This document shows, in pieces, positions 7,833 to 16,660 of a stretch of DNA of 29,452 bases. Below the pieces are notes generated by a model. The model saw only the letters and a program-made list of their open reading frames with translations. It ran no database searches and had not been told where the DNA came from. The stretch comes from a virus (Duplodnaviria; Caudoviricetes). The stretch is from positions 1 to 29,452 of the IMG/VR virus record IMGVR_UViG_3300025267_000081. One strand, given 5' to 3'. Every line of letters begins with the position of its first letter. The stretch's first letter is position 1. The position numbers and the translations under genes were made by a program.

Positions 7833-8031
7833 CTTAACGACCAGGAACCGCGAGCATGCGTTCGCCGATGCGATCGCGACAGGCGTCCTCACCAGGGAGA
7901 CCGCCCCCATGTACATGTATATGTACACGGATCGCTACCGGGGCGATGCGTTCAAGCACGTAGATACCAGGCGGTACGTCTACAACAACGCTATCAGATA
8001 TAGGCTGGACTACAAGAGGGAGGTGAACTGA
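7819..8031 (+). CDS. hypothetical protein
   Basis: GGAGGTGAT RBS; YMYMYT...DAFKH.DTR.Y motif; coupled to the next gene. Confidence 0.7.
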   Translation: MDPDNLTTRNREHAFADAIATGVLTRETAPMYMYMYTDRYRGDAFKHVDTRRYVYNNAIRYRLDYKREVN

Positions 8032-8771
8032 TGCAGACCCGAGGTCAGCGAGACAAGCTTAGATTTAGCATCGCCAACGCAAAGCTTAAACGCCTCAAGA
8101 AGCGGATGGGAGTAAAGCGGATGTACTCTATCTCGCTTCCGAGTGGCTGGACCTGCCCGGGCGCGACGCTATGCCTGTCCAAGGCGGATCGCATAACCGG
8201 CAAGATAACAGATGGGCCGGACACCATATTCCGGTGCTTTTCCGCCACCTTGGAAGCGATGTCGCCCCAGCTACGTGCGATGGCTTGGCATAACTTCGAT
8301 CTGATCAAGGCCGCAAAAACCCGTGAAGCTATCGCCGCCTTGATCCTCGACTCACTCCCGGTCGATGCTGAGGTATGCCGAATCGACGTAGGCGGCGATA
8401 TGTACTCACTTGCATACATGGCTTCCTGGATAGATGTAGCCAACGCCCGGCCCAACGTCATATTCTACGCCTACACTAAGTCTATCCACCACTGGCAGCG
8501 ACTCGGAGAACTCCCGCCCAACTTAGAATTCACGGCCTCTAAGGGCGGCCTCTTTGACCACTTAATCGCCCAACGTAAATCCGCGACGGTAGTATTCCAC
8601 CCTGATGAGGCGGCCCAGCTCGGCCTTGAGATTGACCACGATGACTCGCACGCCGCCACTGGCAAGGAAAGCTTCGCCCTACTCATACATGGCACGCAGC
8701 CAAAGGGCACCGCCGCCGCCGCCGCCATTAAGAGATTGAAAGCCGAAGAGATCGAATATAGCTACGCATAA
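8031..8771 (+). CDS. gp88-family (radical-SAM-like) protein
   Basis: SLPSGWTCPGA..C...CFSA, RIDVGGD and FYAYTKS motifs match the mycobacteriophage gene product 88 family. Confidence 0.75.
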   Translation: MQTRGQRDKLRFSIANAKLKRLKKRMGVKRMYSISLPSGWTCPGATLCLSKADRITGKITDGPDTIFRCFSATLEAMSPQLRAMAWHNFDLIKAAKTREAIAALILDSLPVDAEVCRIDVGGDMYSLAYMASWIDVANARPNVIFYAYTKSIHHWQRLGELPPNLEFTASKGGLFDHLIAQRKSATVVFHPDEAAQLGLEIDHDDSHAATGKESFALLIHGTQPKGTAAAAAIKRLKAEEIEYSYA

Positions 8772-8863
8772 AAGCACGCCCCCAGCGCAGGCAGGGAGGA
8801 GGTGATCGCTGGCCTGCACAACACTGAGGACGCACGGTAATTATACCCGATAGAGGAGGCGAG

Positions 8864-9190
8864 ATGACACACACCCCAGGACCGTGGGTAATCGACCACC
8901 AGCGGATAGGGCCGCCCGGAGAACCCGTGGCGCTACTTTGCGACACGAACGCGCCGATGACCGGCACCGTGGTTGACTGGCCCAGAGGCAACGACATCGA
9001 TACTGCCATTGACGATACCGAAAATGAGGCCAACGCATGGCTGATCGCCAGTGGGCCCGATCTCCTCGCAGCCCTGAAACAGTGGATTAGCATGGCTCTC
9101 AACTCCGGGCTGGAGGGCTGCGACGAGATCATCGAGACCGCCTCTCTAGCCATAGCCAAGGCCACCACCGGCCAGCGGGAGGAGCTATGA
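8864..9190 (+). CDS. phage hypothetical protein (HTPGPW...ANA.LIA..PDLL family)
   Basis: Characteristic N- and C-terminal motifs; GAGGAGG RBS. Confidence 0.8.
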   Translation: MTHTPGPWVIDHQRIGPPGEPVALLCDTNAPMTGTVVDWPRGNDIDTAIDDTENEANAWLIASGPDLLAALKQWISMALNSGLEGCDEIIETASLAIAKATTGQREEL

Positions 9191-9435
9191 GCGGAGTCAA
9201 CTATCCTGGAGTCGATTGGGAGATCAGACCTGATCAGGCAGCTACGGTATGGAGCGACGAGGTGCTACACGAGATTTGGTGGGATACCCAGGATGCCGGT
9301 AATCCCGGCTACGCCTACCGGACCAGCGGCGACCTGATAAACGAGTCTGGACCACTGGAGGCAACTAGTCTGGCAGAGGCGATCACCGAGTACGAGGAGC
9401 TAGTCGTAGCCAAGGCCGAGGAGGTGACGCGATGA
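9187..9435 (+). CDS. acidic hypothetical protein
   Basis: ATGA overlaps at both ends; strong RBS. Confidence 0.7.
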   Translation: MSGVNYPGVDWEIRPDQAATVWSDEVLHEIWWDTQDAGNPGYAYRTSGDLINESGPLEATSLAEAITEYEELVVAKAEEVTR

Positions 9436-9701
9436 AGTGGACCGTCCACCTCGCAGTGCCTACCGCCGTCCTCGATCAGGATCACAACCTTGTGGTCCAA
9501 GCTCGGACCCCTGGTGAGGCACGCCTGATCGCCAGTGCGTCCGATCTATTGTCCGCGTTGACGGCGCTGGTAGAGTCCATCGAGAACGTAAACTTTGGCG
9601 TCCATGATGACGATGGGCGAACCTACGACGCAATACCGTGGGCGCAAGCCGAAGCCGCAATCGCCAGGGCCACGGGCCAGGGTGAACTCGATGAAATTTG
9701 A
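9432..9701 (+). CDS. paralogue of 8864-9190
   Basis: EARLIASASDLLSAL...AIARATGQ. Confidence 0.75.
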   Translation: MKWTVHLAVPTAVLDQDHNLVVQARTPGEARLIASASDLLSALTALVESIENVNFGVHDDDGRTYDAIPWAQAEAAIARATGQGELDEI

Positions 9702-9912
9702 CCAGAACGGCAACCCCATACATCGGGATGTCCGACAAAATCCCACTGATGGTCTCTGGTACACAAACGTATGGACCGGGCTCCAATACGTCACCAACGT
9801 GAGCCGATACGGCTACCGCACACGGGCCGAGGCACGGGACGGGGATATCTCTGACTTCGACGCGGCTTCCTATCACGAACCCAAGGCCACGGGCCAGGAG
9901 GAGGTGAGATGA
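9691..9912 (+). CDS. hypothetical protein
   Basis: MKFDQNGNPIHRD... from ATG 9691; overlaps both neighbours. Confidence 0.65.
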   Translation: MKFDQNGNPIHRDVRQNPTDGLWYTNVWTGLQYVTNVSRYGYRTRAEARDGDISDFDAASYHEPKATGQEEVR

Positions 9913-10145
9913 CACAGACAGGAAGAGAGCCGATCATCACAGCCGACAGGCCGTGTTGGGAATTCATCGAACCCGTGACCGGTAGGCTGATCACATACAC
10001 ATTGGGATACATAACCAATGACCTAATCCCGTGCATGGCAATGTTCGCCGGCGAGGATAATACTCCGATCCTGGTGCCGGTGGATATCATGGTTCACGCC
10101 ATCGAGATCGCAGCAGCAAAAGAACGCGCCGAGGAGGAGCTATGA
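9909..10145 (+). CDS. hypothetical protein
   Basis: GGAGGTGAG RBS; ATGA overlaps. Confidence 0.65.
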   Translation: MTQTGREPIITADRPCWEFIEPVTGRLITYTLGYITNDLIPCMAMFAGEDNTPILVPVDIMVHAIEIAAAKERAEEEL

Positions 10146-10381
10146 CACACACTTGCACAACCAACTCAGAGTCAGAGTCTAATCCTATCTCGCGTTGTTG
10201 CGGGATAGAAGCTGATGACAACACGCCTCTCACCGTCTGCCCTCGCTGCGGCAAGCTGGCCGCCTGGGAATGTGGCGACTGTGGAATCACAGAGTGGGCG
10301 CACTCGGACCTGTATACCATCGACCTTGCTCACGATATGGGTGAGCGGGACCTCACAAGCCCCTTTGATTGGAGGAAATAA
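10142..10381 (+). CDS. Zn-ribbon protein
   Basis: SRCC...CPRCG...CGDCG. Confidence 0.7.
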   Translation: MTHTCTTNSESESNPISRCCGIEADDNTPLTVCPRCGKLAAWECGDCGITEWAHSDLYTIDLAHDMGERDLTSPFDWRK

Positions 10382-11286
10382 TGTGGCTGCACGTACCGTC
10401 AACGTCCTCAGCATCTGTTCGGGCATCGGAGGACTGGACCTCGGATTGCGAAGTGTCCTCCCTACTAGAACGGTGTGCATGGTGGAACGGGAAATCGGCG
10501 TCGCCTCGATCCTTGCGGCGCGCATGGCAGACGGCTCCATCGATCCGTGCCCTATCTGGTCTGACATTACGTCCTTCAACCCTCAACCGTGGCGTGGCCG
10601 AGTGGATCTCATCGCTGGCTCCCCGCCCTGCCAGCCCTGGTCAACCGCCGGCCAACAACGAGGAGCTGATGACGAACGCAACCTGTGGCCCGCAGTCGCA
10701 CGGATCGCAGAAGGCCTCGGGTATCCAGCTCTCTTTATGGAAAACGTCGCCAGTCGAAAGATGCTCTCCCACTACTACCACACCATCCGGCCCCAGCTTC
10801 TCGGCGTGGGCTACAGCACTCAGGAAGGACTCTTTACTGCGGCAGAAACAGGCGCTCCGCATAAGAGGCAACGACTCTTCTTCCTGGCCTACCGCAACGA
10901 GGCTATGGGGCACGCCGACACAGGACTCGGCGACCATGAGGCAGAACAAGTACGCGCAGGGGGGGAACCCTCTGAGCCTGGAAGCAGCCAACTGGCCCAC
11001 GCCGGCAGCGCGAGATCACAAGCAGTTCGATGGCGCGAAGAAGAAGAAGCCATCACGCCCGAGGGAACTCTACCTCTCTATCCGCCAGGACCAGGCGACC
11101 ACGCCGGATGGGCACGCCTGCTCGCACAAGTGCCTTCGGCTCAACCCGCTGTTTGTGTCCTACCTGATGGGCCTGCCCCCTCAGTGGCCCGACGACTCCG
11201 CGCCCTTGGCAACGCAGTCGTTCCGGCAGTGGGAGGCCTTGCTTGGATCATACTTAGTAGCCAGAAAGGAGGGAATGCTTGACTAA
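10381..11286 (+). CDS. overlapping alternative-frame methyltransferase chain (beta-type: TRD-like repeats and motif IX)
   Basis: 301-aa open frame from ATG 10381 with a GGAGG RBS; WPTA/WGTP/WPTP repeats and LNPLFVSYLMGLPPQW (motif IX-like). Confidence 0.75.
   Translation: MWLHVPSTSSASVRASEDWTSDCEVSSLLERCAWWNGKSASPRSLRRAWQTAPSIRALSGLTLRPSTLNRGVAEWISSLAPRPASPGQPPANNEELMTNATCGPQSHGSQKASGIQLSLWKTSPVERCSPTTTTPSGPSFSAWATALRKDSLLRQKQALRIRGNDSSSWPTATRLWGTPTQDSATMRQNKYAQGGNPLSLEAANWPTPAARDHKQFDGAKKKKPSRPRELYLSIRQDQATTPDGHACSHKCLRLNPLFVSYLMGLPPQWPDDSAPLATQSFRQWEALLGSYLVARKEGMLD
10383..11282 (+). CDS. DNA (cytosine-5) methyltransferase, catalytic (alpha-type) chain
   Basis: Motif I SICSGIGG, IV GSPPCQPWS, VI ENV, VIII HKRQRLF and X RLRALGNAVVP are present; motif IX is absent; GTG start at 10383. 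Confidence 0.9.
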   Translation: MAARTVNVLSICSGIGGLDLGLRSVLPTRTVCMVEREIGVASILAARMADGSIDPCPIWSDITSFNPQPWRGRVDLIAGSPPCQPWSTAGQQRGADDERNLWPAVARIAEGLGYPALFMENVASRKMLSHYYHTIRPQLLGVGYSTQEGLFTAAETGAPHKRQRLFFLAYRNEAMGHADTGLGDHEAEQVRAGGEPSEPGSSQLAHAGSARSQAVRWREEEEAITPEGTLPLYPPGPGDHAGWARLLAQVPSAQPAVCVLPDGPAPSVARRLRALGNAVVPAVGGLAWIILSSQKGGNA

Positions 11287-11307
11287 ACACCTGTAATTAG
11301 CTACAAT
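11279..11307 (+). promoter_or_regulatory. sigma70-type promoter
   Basis: TTGACT-N17-TACAAT in the gap ahead of the next gene block. Confidence 0.75.
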
Positions 11308-11368
11308 GAGGTGTAGTGGGACAGCTAGCGTGTCTCGCCGAGCAGCTATAATAATAGAGGAGGTCAAA

Positions 11369-11779
11369 ATGGCTAAGATGAAGAACATAGGGCGAGCAGA
11401 GTGCAGGATACTCAGTGAGGAACTTGCTGGAGTGATCCAACGGGCCGTGAACAAGTACGGCCTGACGGCATCATATGGCAATGGCAGGTACGGCGGACAT
11501 ACAGCCACCCTCAGTTTCAAGCTAGACGTGCCTGCAATGGCGGAGAAGGTCGCCAACAGGGATGCTGAGTTGCTTGGAGCGAAATTCAACGTGGGTTATA
11601 TATTCAAGTCCAATGGGGACGAGTTCAAAGTTACGGGCTTTAACCTGAGAAGGCGGAAGTATCCCGTCAGCGCTGATAACGTCCTCAGCGGGCAGGGTTA
11701 CAAATTCACGGTAGAGACCATCAACCGCAATATTGAACTAGCTGAGTTGCTCAATCAGAAAGAAAAGGTGACTGCATAA
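11369..11779 (+). CDS. hypothetical protein
   Basis: GAGGAGGT RBS before ATG 11369; C-terminal F...G..RRRKYPV pattern. Confidence 0.75.
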   Translation: MAKMKNIGRAECRILSEELAGVIQRAVNKYGLTASYGNGRYGGHTATLSFKLDVPAMAEKVANRDAELLGAKFNVGYIFKSNGDEFKVTGFNLRRRKYPVSADNVLSGQGYKFTVETINRNIELAELLNQKEKVTA

Positions 11780-12252
11780 TGGATATCACTCTGAAGAACG
11801 TCAGGATCTACGCCGGTCTGTCCCAGGAGACGGTCGCTTTCGCGGCTAGCCTCTACGCTGACGGCAAGAAGGTAGGCGAGACCAGGAACGCAGGTCACGG
11901 GGGCAACAACGATGTGGATGTCCGCAACAAGGAGGGCCGCTGGGATGTAGCTTTACTCGATCGGATGGAAGCCGAGGCGGCAACGCACACTTGGTCCTAC
12001 GAGGGCGAGACACACAACCATAACCTCGACTCGTACATCGGCCAACTGGTGGATGATGTCTTGGAGCAGCGGGACTTGAAAAGGAGGTGCCGAACCCAGA
12101 CGCTCTTTCGCATCCCAGCCGAGACTTACCAGCATAGCGAATACCACTTCCTGAAGCGCAAATACTCTGAGGTCGTGAAAGAACACCTCGTCAAAAAGTA
12201 TGGCCCTGGGGTCGAAATCCTGAACGAGCTGGCCAGAAAGGAGGTGAGATGA
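11779..12252 (+). CDS. conserved phage hypothetical protein
   Basis: SQET.AF.A.LY.DGKKVG...N.GHGG motif; TAATG coupling. Confidence 0.75.
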   Translation: MDITLKNVRIYAGLSQETVAFAASLYADGKKVGETRNAGHGGNNDVDVRNKEGRWDVALLDRMEAEAATHTWSYEGETHNHNLDSYIGQLVDDVLEQRDLKRRCRTQTLFRIPAETYQHSEYHFLKRKYSEVVKEHLVKKYGPGVEILNELARKEVR

Positions 12253-12434
12253 ACGAGGACCCTACGAAGGAGCAGATCGCCGCGCTGCGATGCCCATGGT
12301 GCGCGGACTACGGGCGCATGACGCCGCTCAAGCCCGTGTACACGCGGCCAGGCTGGCTGGTCGGGCGATGCGCGCACTGCCAACACGATCACGCGGCTTG
12401 GAAGCTGCGTCCGTTTCTAAGAACTAAAAGCTAA
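12249..12434 (+). CDS. small Zn-finger protein
   Basis: CPWC...CAHC; AAGGAGGT RBS. Confidence 0.7.
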   Translation: MNEDPTKEQIAALRCPWCADYGRMTPLKPVYTRPGWLVGRCAHCQHDHAAWKLRPFLRTKS

Positions 12435-12448
12435 CGAGGAGGTATGAA

Positions 12449-13150
12449 ATGGCAGCTTGGGTAAAATTCAGGTCAAAGCACACATACGGCGCAGGGAAAA
12501 TCCGCAGGAAACTCGAGCGACTGGGGGCCATGCAAGTCGTGATCCACGGGCCAACCGAGACCCTGGCGTCTTTCTCCAGGCGGCACGCCGCCGGGCCATG
12601 GCTTGAAAAACTAGCGAGCGACCATGGCACCCGGCTCGTGACTCGCAACGCACCGGGGCCCGAGGAAAAGTGGACGCGGCAGACGGCCTGCGGGTTATAC
12701 ATCTGGAACGAAAAGATCGCAACGGCCCTGGGAGCGCACGAGGGATCGTGTAAGCGCTGCATCTCGATCAAAGGGACCCGGAAGCGAGTATACGAGCGAG
12801 GGTCCTACGCAAGCGAGGAGGTAAGCAAAGCCGCTGCGAAGGGCAATGATGCAAATGCCGCCGCGCCGGTACTCGTTACCGCTCCCGCCCCCGGCGAAAC
12901 CCGTGAGGCTGTGGCTACAGTCACGGAAGAGAAACCCGCGCAGCTCGTCGATCGCCTGCGGCAGATGGAGCTCGAGGCCTATAGCCTCGTCGAGCAGGTC
13001 GAGGCGGCCCTGAAGGCGATCCAGGCAATCGTAACCATGGAAGAAACCCTCGTGCGGCTCCAGGCCCAGTGGGCGGAGACTACAAAGCAGCGCGCGTCGC
13101 TGGCTCAAGCCCTAACGGGAGGTAAGCAGCGTGGAAGTCAACTTAACTGA
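12449..13150 (+). CDS. hypothetical protein with Cys/His cluster and C-terminal coiled coil
   Basis: GAGGAGGT RBS; C...H...CKRC; heptad-like C-terminus. Confidence 0.7.
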   Translation: MAAWVKFRSKHTYGAGKIRRKLERLGAMQVVIHGPTETLASFSRRHAAGPWLEKLASDHGTRLVTRNAPGPEEKWTRQTACGLYIWNEKIATALGAHEGSCKRCISIKGTRKRVYERGSYASEEVSKAAAKGNDANAAAPVLVTAPAPGETREAVATVTEEKPAQLVDRLRQMELEAYSLVEQVEAALKAIQAIVTMEETLVRLQAQWAETTKQRASLAQALTGGKQRGSQLN

Positions 13151-13361
13151 AACCGGCTTTCGATCCGGTGATACTGAGTACTGGAAGCTGGAGACGGCTG
13201 CGGCCCTGATTGGGCTGCACCCGCAATCGCTCCAGCGACTGTACCGGTATTCCGGGACGAACGAATATGAGCGCCAAGCGCTGAAGCTAGGGCGGACCCT
13301 GTTCTTCAACTCCCGCCATCTCAGGGAACTCGGCTATCCCATCAAAAAGCAGGAGGAATAG
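13131..13361 (+). CDS. HTH DNA-binding protein (excisionase/MerR-like)
   Basis: LETAAALIGLHPQSLQRLYR...KLGRTLFF. Confidence 0.7.
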   Translation: MEVNLTETGFRSGDTEYWKLETAAALIGLHPQSLQRLYRYSGTNEYERQALKLGRTLFFNSRHLRELGYPIKKQEE

Positions 13362-13362
13362 T

Positions 13363-13890
13363 ATGCCTAAAATCATAGGAACTCTTGATCGGCTGGACCA
13401 GAAGCTGGACTGGCTCACAAAATTTTCCATCCAAGGAGCCGATGGGAAGGTCTGGCTTGGTGCCCGAACCAAGGACCACAAGGCCCTCACGGACGCGCTG
13501 CGGCAGCATGAGTCCCTGCCGCCCGATCAGCGCCCGGTCTGGGATATCGACTACGCCGAGGAAGAGTCCACGGGCAAAAACGGGGTAGTCTACACAAATC
13601 GCTACGTAACCACTGCCAAGACCGTAGAGGCCGGCAGCCCTGCCGCTGCACCGCCTATGGCAGGCAGCAAGGACGCCCAGATCGCCCGGGCCGTCGCCTT
13701 CAAGGGCGCGATAGAGATCGTCAGCGCGTCGGTGACCGGCAAGACCCAGGTCACAAACCTGACCGCCGCTATTGCCCACCTCACCGATGAGTACGAGGCG
13801 ATACTAACCAATAGCTACAGCGAGCCCATTGAAGAGATCATCGAGACGGTTACCGAAGAGCAAGATTCGCTATTTGAGGAGGAGGTCTAA
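13363..13890 (+). CDS. putative ssDNA-binding or annealing protein
   Basis: Directly upstream of the exonuclease; acidic tail EEQDSLFEEEV; IARAVAFKGA motif. Confidence 0.45.
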   Translation: MPKIIGTLDRLDQKLDWLTKFSIQGADGKVWLGARTKDHKALTDALRQHESLPPDQRPVWDIDYAEEESTGKNGVVYTNRYVTTAKTVEAGSPAAAPPMAGSKDAQIARAVAFKGAIEIVSASVTGKTQVTNLTAAIAHLTDEYEAILTNSYSEPIEEIIETVTEEQDSLFEEEV

Positions 13891-14684
13891 TGCCCAAGAT
13901 TCGCTATTTAACGACCGAACGGATACCCCTGAACTCGCTTCAGCGTAGCTGGGAGCTGACGCATATCGATCGAGTGACCAAGCGCAAGGCAAGGCACTAC
14001 GTGGTGAACGGCAAGGAGATGCCGTCGGTCACGACCGTGCTGGGCCGAGTCTGGCCCAAGCCGGCCCTCTATAACTGGTATGCCAAGCGAGGCCGGGAGG
14101 CCATGGCGGAGTATCTCGGCGAGCATCTCGGGGAACCCATCGAACACGGCATCCTAGAGAACGCCGTGGCCGAGGCCAAGCTGCGCCCCAAGACCGACGC
14201 CCAAGAGGCTGCCGATCTCGGGAGCGCAGCCCACGACCTCATCTCGCGAGAGCTGAAGGGCGAGACAGTAGTCGTGCCCGCCGAGCTGAAGGCAGTGATG
14301 GAAGCATATCACAAGTGGTATGCCGAGGAGGATCTTGAGCTCCTCGATACCGAGACGGCTATCTACTCAGAGCAACCTCTCGCTCACGCGGGCACCATCG
14401 ATGCGCTGTTCAAGCGCCCAAATGGCTCGTACCTGCTAGTGGACTTTAAGACATCGAAGGCCATCTACGATGAGGCCGAGGTGCAGGTTCACGCCTACCG
14501 GGAAGCGATTATGAACAGCGTGCCCGGGGACTGCCACATGGACGGCCAGGTGATCAGGCTCGGCAAGGAGGTGCCCGACTTCGAGGTCAGGGATATCGAC
14601 GACCACGAAAGGCGCTTGACTAAGGTGTGGCAGGCTGCGCTGCACTTCTACCATGCACTGGAGGGCCGCAAGAATGGAGTGTAA
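13890..14684 (+). CDS. PD-(D/E)XK exonuclease (RecB-like)
   Basis: PSVTTVLG, GSAAH, AGTIDAL...LVDFKTS and QVHAY motifs. Confidence 0.88.
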   Translation: MPKIRYLTTERIPLNSLQRSWELTHIDRVTKRKARHYVVNGKEMPSVTTVLGRVWPKPALYNWYAKRGREAMAEYLGEHLGEPIEHGILENAVAEAKLRPKTDAQEAADLGSAAHDLISRELKGETVVVPAELKAVMEAYHKWYAEEDLELLDTETAIYSEQPLAHAGTIDALFKRPNGSYLLVDFKTSKAIYDEAEVQVHAYREAIMNSVPGDCHMDGQVIRLGKEVPDFEVRDIDDHERRLTKVWQAALHFYHALEGRKNGV

Positions 14685-14934
14685 CCTCGACTTCCAACAT
14701 ACCACCCTCTGGTGCCAGGCCTGCCACGCGATCGAGCAGGAGGTCCGCAAGGCCTCCGCGCTCGAGGCGCTCGGGGAGAAGCTGGATACGCTCACCCAGG
14801 CCCTCGAACTCGGCGAGGTGGGCATTGGTAATGTTATAGCCCCGCCAAGGCCTGCGCCGAGGCCCCCTGCGCCTCCGTCGCCAACGCCAGCCCCGCCACC
14901 AAATCCTGGGATAGGCTACAAATGGCGACCGTAG
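14674..14934 (+). CDS. small protein with Cys/His N-terminus and Pro-rich tail
   Basis: C...H...CQAC; fills the gap and overlaps both neighbours. Confidence 0.55.
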   Translation: MECNLDFQHTTLWCQACHAIEQEVRKASALEALGEKLDTLTQALELGEVGIGNVIAPPRPAPRPPAPPSPTPAPPPNPGIGYKWRP

Positions 14935-16196
14935 ACTTCAGCCGGATCGGGTCCGGCTATGTATACGTGCAGACTATCGCCGGCCATACAGTGGAAGCCC
15001 ATATCACGCGAGTCAAGGATTCGGGTGACCGCATAAAGGCCGAGATGGCCATCACGGTGGACGGGCACGGCATAGCCCGCAACAGCCCGACCCTGACATC
15101 CGTGTCGGGCCTTGATGCCTGGTGGCGCAAGCTGGCCCGGCGGCTGCCCGTGGCCGACTGGGGCATTGACTGGGAGGCCTACATCGAGGGCCTCGCCGGC
15201 AGAGTGATCGACGCCTACCGAGAGGGCGAGCCCGAGGTGGTCATCAAGGACGTGACGGTTCCGACCAACGTCCGGTGGCTGATCGAGCCAATGCTGCTGG
15301 CAGACCAGCCCAACGTCCTGTTCGGCCCGGGAGGGTCCGGGAAGTCCATGCTCTCGTTGTGGCTGGCTGTCCTTATGGACACTGGCCATGTGGACACGCA
15401 GCACGAGCTGACGATCAACTCGGGCCGGGTGCTATACCTCGACTGGGAGACGGACACACTGGAGATCGCAGGCCGCGTGCGCGACCTCCAGGCGGGCATG
15501 GGCCTCAACGGGCACAAGTCCAACATCGTCTACCGTCGCTGCACCCAGTCACTGGCCAGCGAGGCGGATCTAATTAAAAACCTGGTCGATCGCTATGAGA
15601 TAAGCATGGTTATCGTGGACTCCCTCGGACTGGCCACCGGTGGAGGATTAGACGAGGCTGAATCAGTATTGAACTATTTCCGGGCGCTGCGCTGGGTCGG
15701 GGGCACGTCGCTCACGATCACGCATACCAACAAGGAGGGAAAGATCTTCGGCAGCGTCTATACCCTGAACTGTGGAAGATCGATATGGGAGTGCAAAAAG
15801 TCTGGAGAGGAGGGCGATCAGCGCATAGATGTGGGGATCTGGCACCGCAAGGTCAACCTGGTAGGCAAACAGCGGCCCCGGGCCTTTGGCATCAGGTTCG
15901 ACGAGAACGCCGTCTCCGTCGTGGCGCGAGACCCAATGGAGACCGAGGTAGTCGCAGAGAGCCTCTCCATCTCCGAGCTCGCTTACCAGATCGTGGCACG
16001 GGAGGGCCCGGTGAACCGGGACGCTCTAAGTGGACGGGTGGCCGTGTATCGCAACGAGCCCGCAGAGAAAATCTCTGGCGCTGTTGCCACGGCAATCAGC
16101 CGGCACATAAAGGCCCAGCGTATCGTGGACCTCAACGGAGAGCTGGCGATCCAGCAAAAGATGGACGATCCGGGAGGTGCCGATTGGACGATCTGA
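14922..16196 (+). CDS. RecA-fold AAA ATPase, RepA-like replicative helicase
   Basis: Walker A FGPGGSGKS, VLYLDWE, Walker B MVIVDSL, ITHTNK and FGS. Confidence 0.85.
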   Translation: MATVDFSRIGSGYVYVQTIAGHTVEAHITRVKDSGDRIKAEMAITVDGHGIARNSPTLTSVSGLDAWWRKLARRLPVADWGIDWEAYIEGLAGRVIDAYREGEPEVVIKDVTVPTNVRWLIEPMLLADQPNVLFGPGGSGKSMLSLWLAVLMDTGHVDTQHELTINSGRVLYLDWETDTLEIAGRVRDLQAGMGLNGHKSNIVYRRCTQSLASEADLIKNLVDRYEISMVIVDSLGLATGGGLDEAESVLNYFRALRWVGGTSLTITHTNKEGKIFGSVYTLNCGRSIWECKKSGEEGDQRIDVGIWHRKVNLVGKQRPRAFGIRFDENAVSVVARDPMETEVVAESLSISELAYQIVAREGPVNRDALSGRVAVYRNEPAEKISGAVATAISRHIKAQRIVDLNGELAIQQKMDDPGGADWTI

Positions 16197-16660
16197 AAAT
16201 AGCACAGGCGCGAAGGACGCTCCTCAAGGCGAAGGACATGGGGATCACGCTGAGTGTCCTCGACAACGGCAGGCTCCGGTTGCGAGGCCCCTCCAGCCTG
16301 AAGGGCTCCGATATAGAGGCAGAGCTGCTAACGCACAAAGCGTTGATCGCCCGGCTACTGACGAATCCGTCGCCAGGCATAGCCAACACGGTCGAACGGC
16401 TGCGAAAAGGGCAAGGGCTCTTGCTCAGGATGCAAGAGCGCATGTGGACGGAGGAGGGCAATCCCGCAGGCTCTGAACGCAAAGCAGACCTGTACTGGGA
16501 TTCGATCGTGCGGTGGGACCTGCTAGACATGCTGCTGCGTGGCTATGGCGAGTACGGCGGCGGGTGCCCGATAGGGCCAGAGGGATGTGACCCCGAGAGC
16601 CCAGTGCTGTGCAGGAGCTGCGGAAAGGCTAAGGATGAACCTGATAAGGGAGAGGATTAG
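16184..16660 (+). CDS. protein with TubC-N-like domain and C-terminal Cys cluster
   Basis: TTG at 16184 after GGAGG; GITLSVLDNGRLRLRGP...ELLTHKALIARLL pattern, common beside phage helicases. Confidence 0.6.
   Translation: MDDLKIAQARRTLLKAKDMGITLSVLDNGRLRLRGPSSLKGSDIEAELLTHKALIARLLTNPSPGIANTVERLRKGQGLLLRMQERMWTEEGNPAGSERKADLYWDSIVRWDLLDMLLRGYGEYGGGCPIGPEGCDPESPVLCRSCGKAKDEPDKGED

Noticed and set aside
13890-14684. Cas4
   Set aside because: It lacks the four-Cys Fe-S cluster pattern; an ordinary phage PD-(D/E)XK exonuclease fits better.
15785-16183. N-terminal 133 codons of the 291-aa ORF
   Set aside because: They overlap the helicase out of frame with low-complexity sequence; a TTG with a GGAGG RBS at 16184 is the better start.
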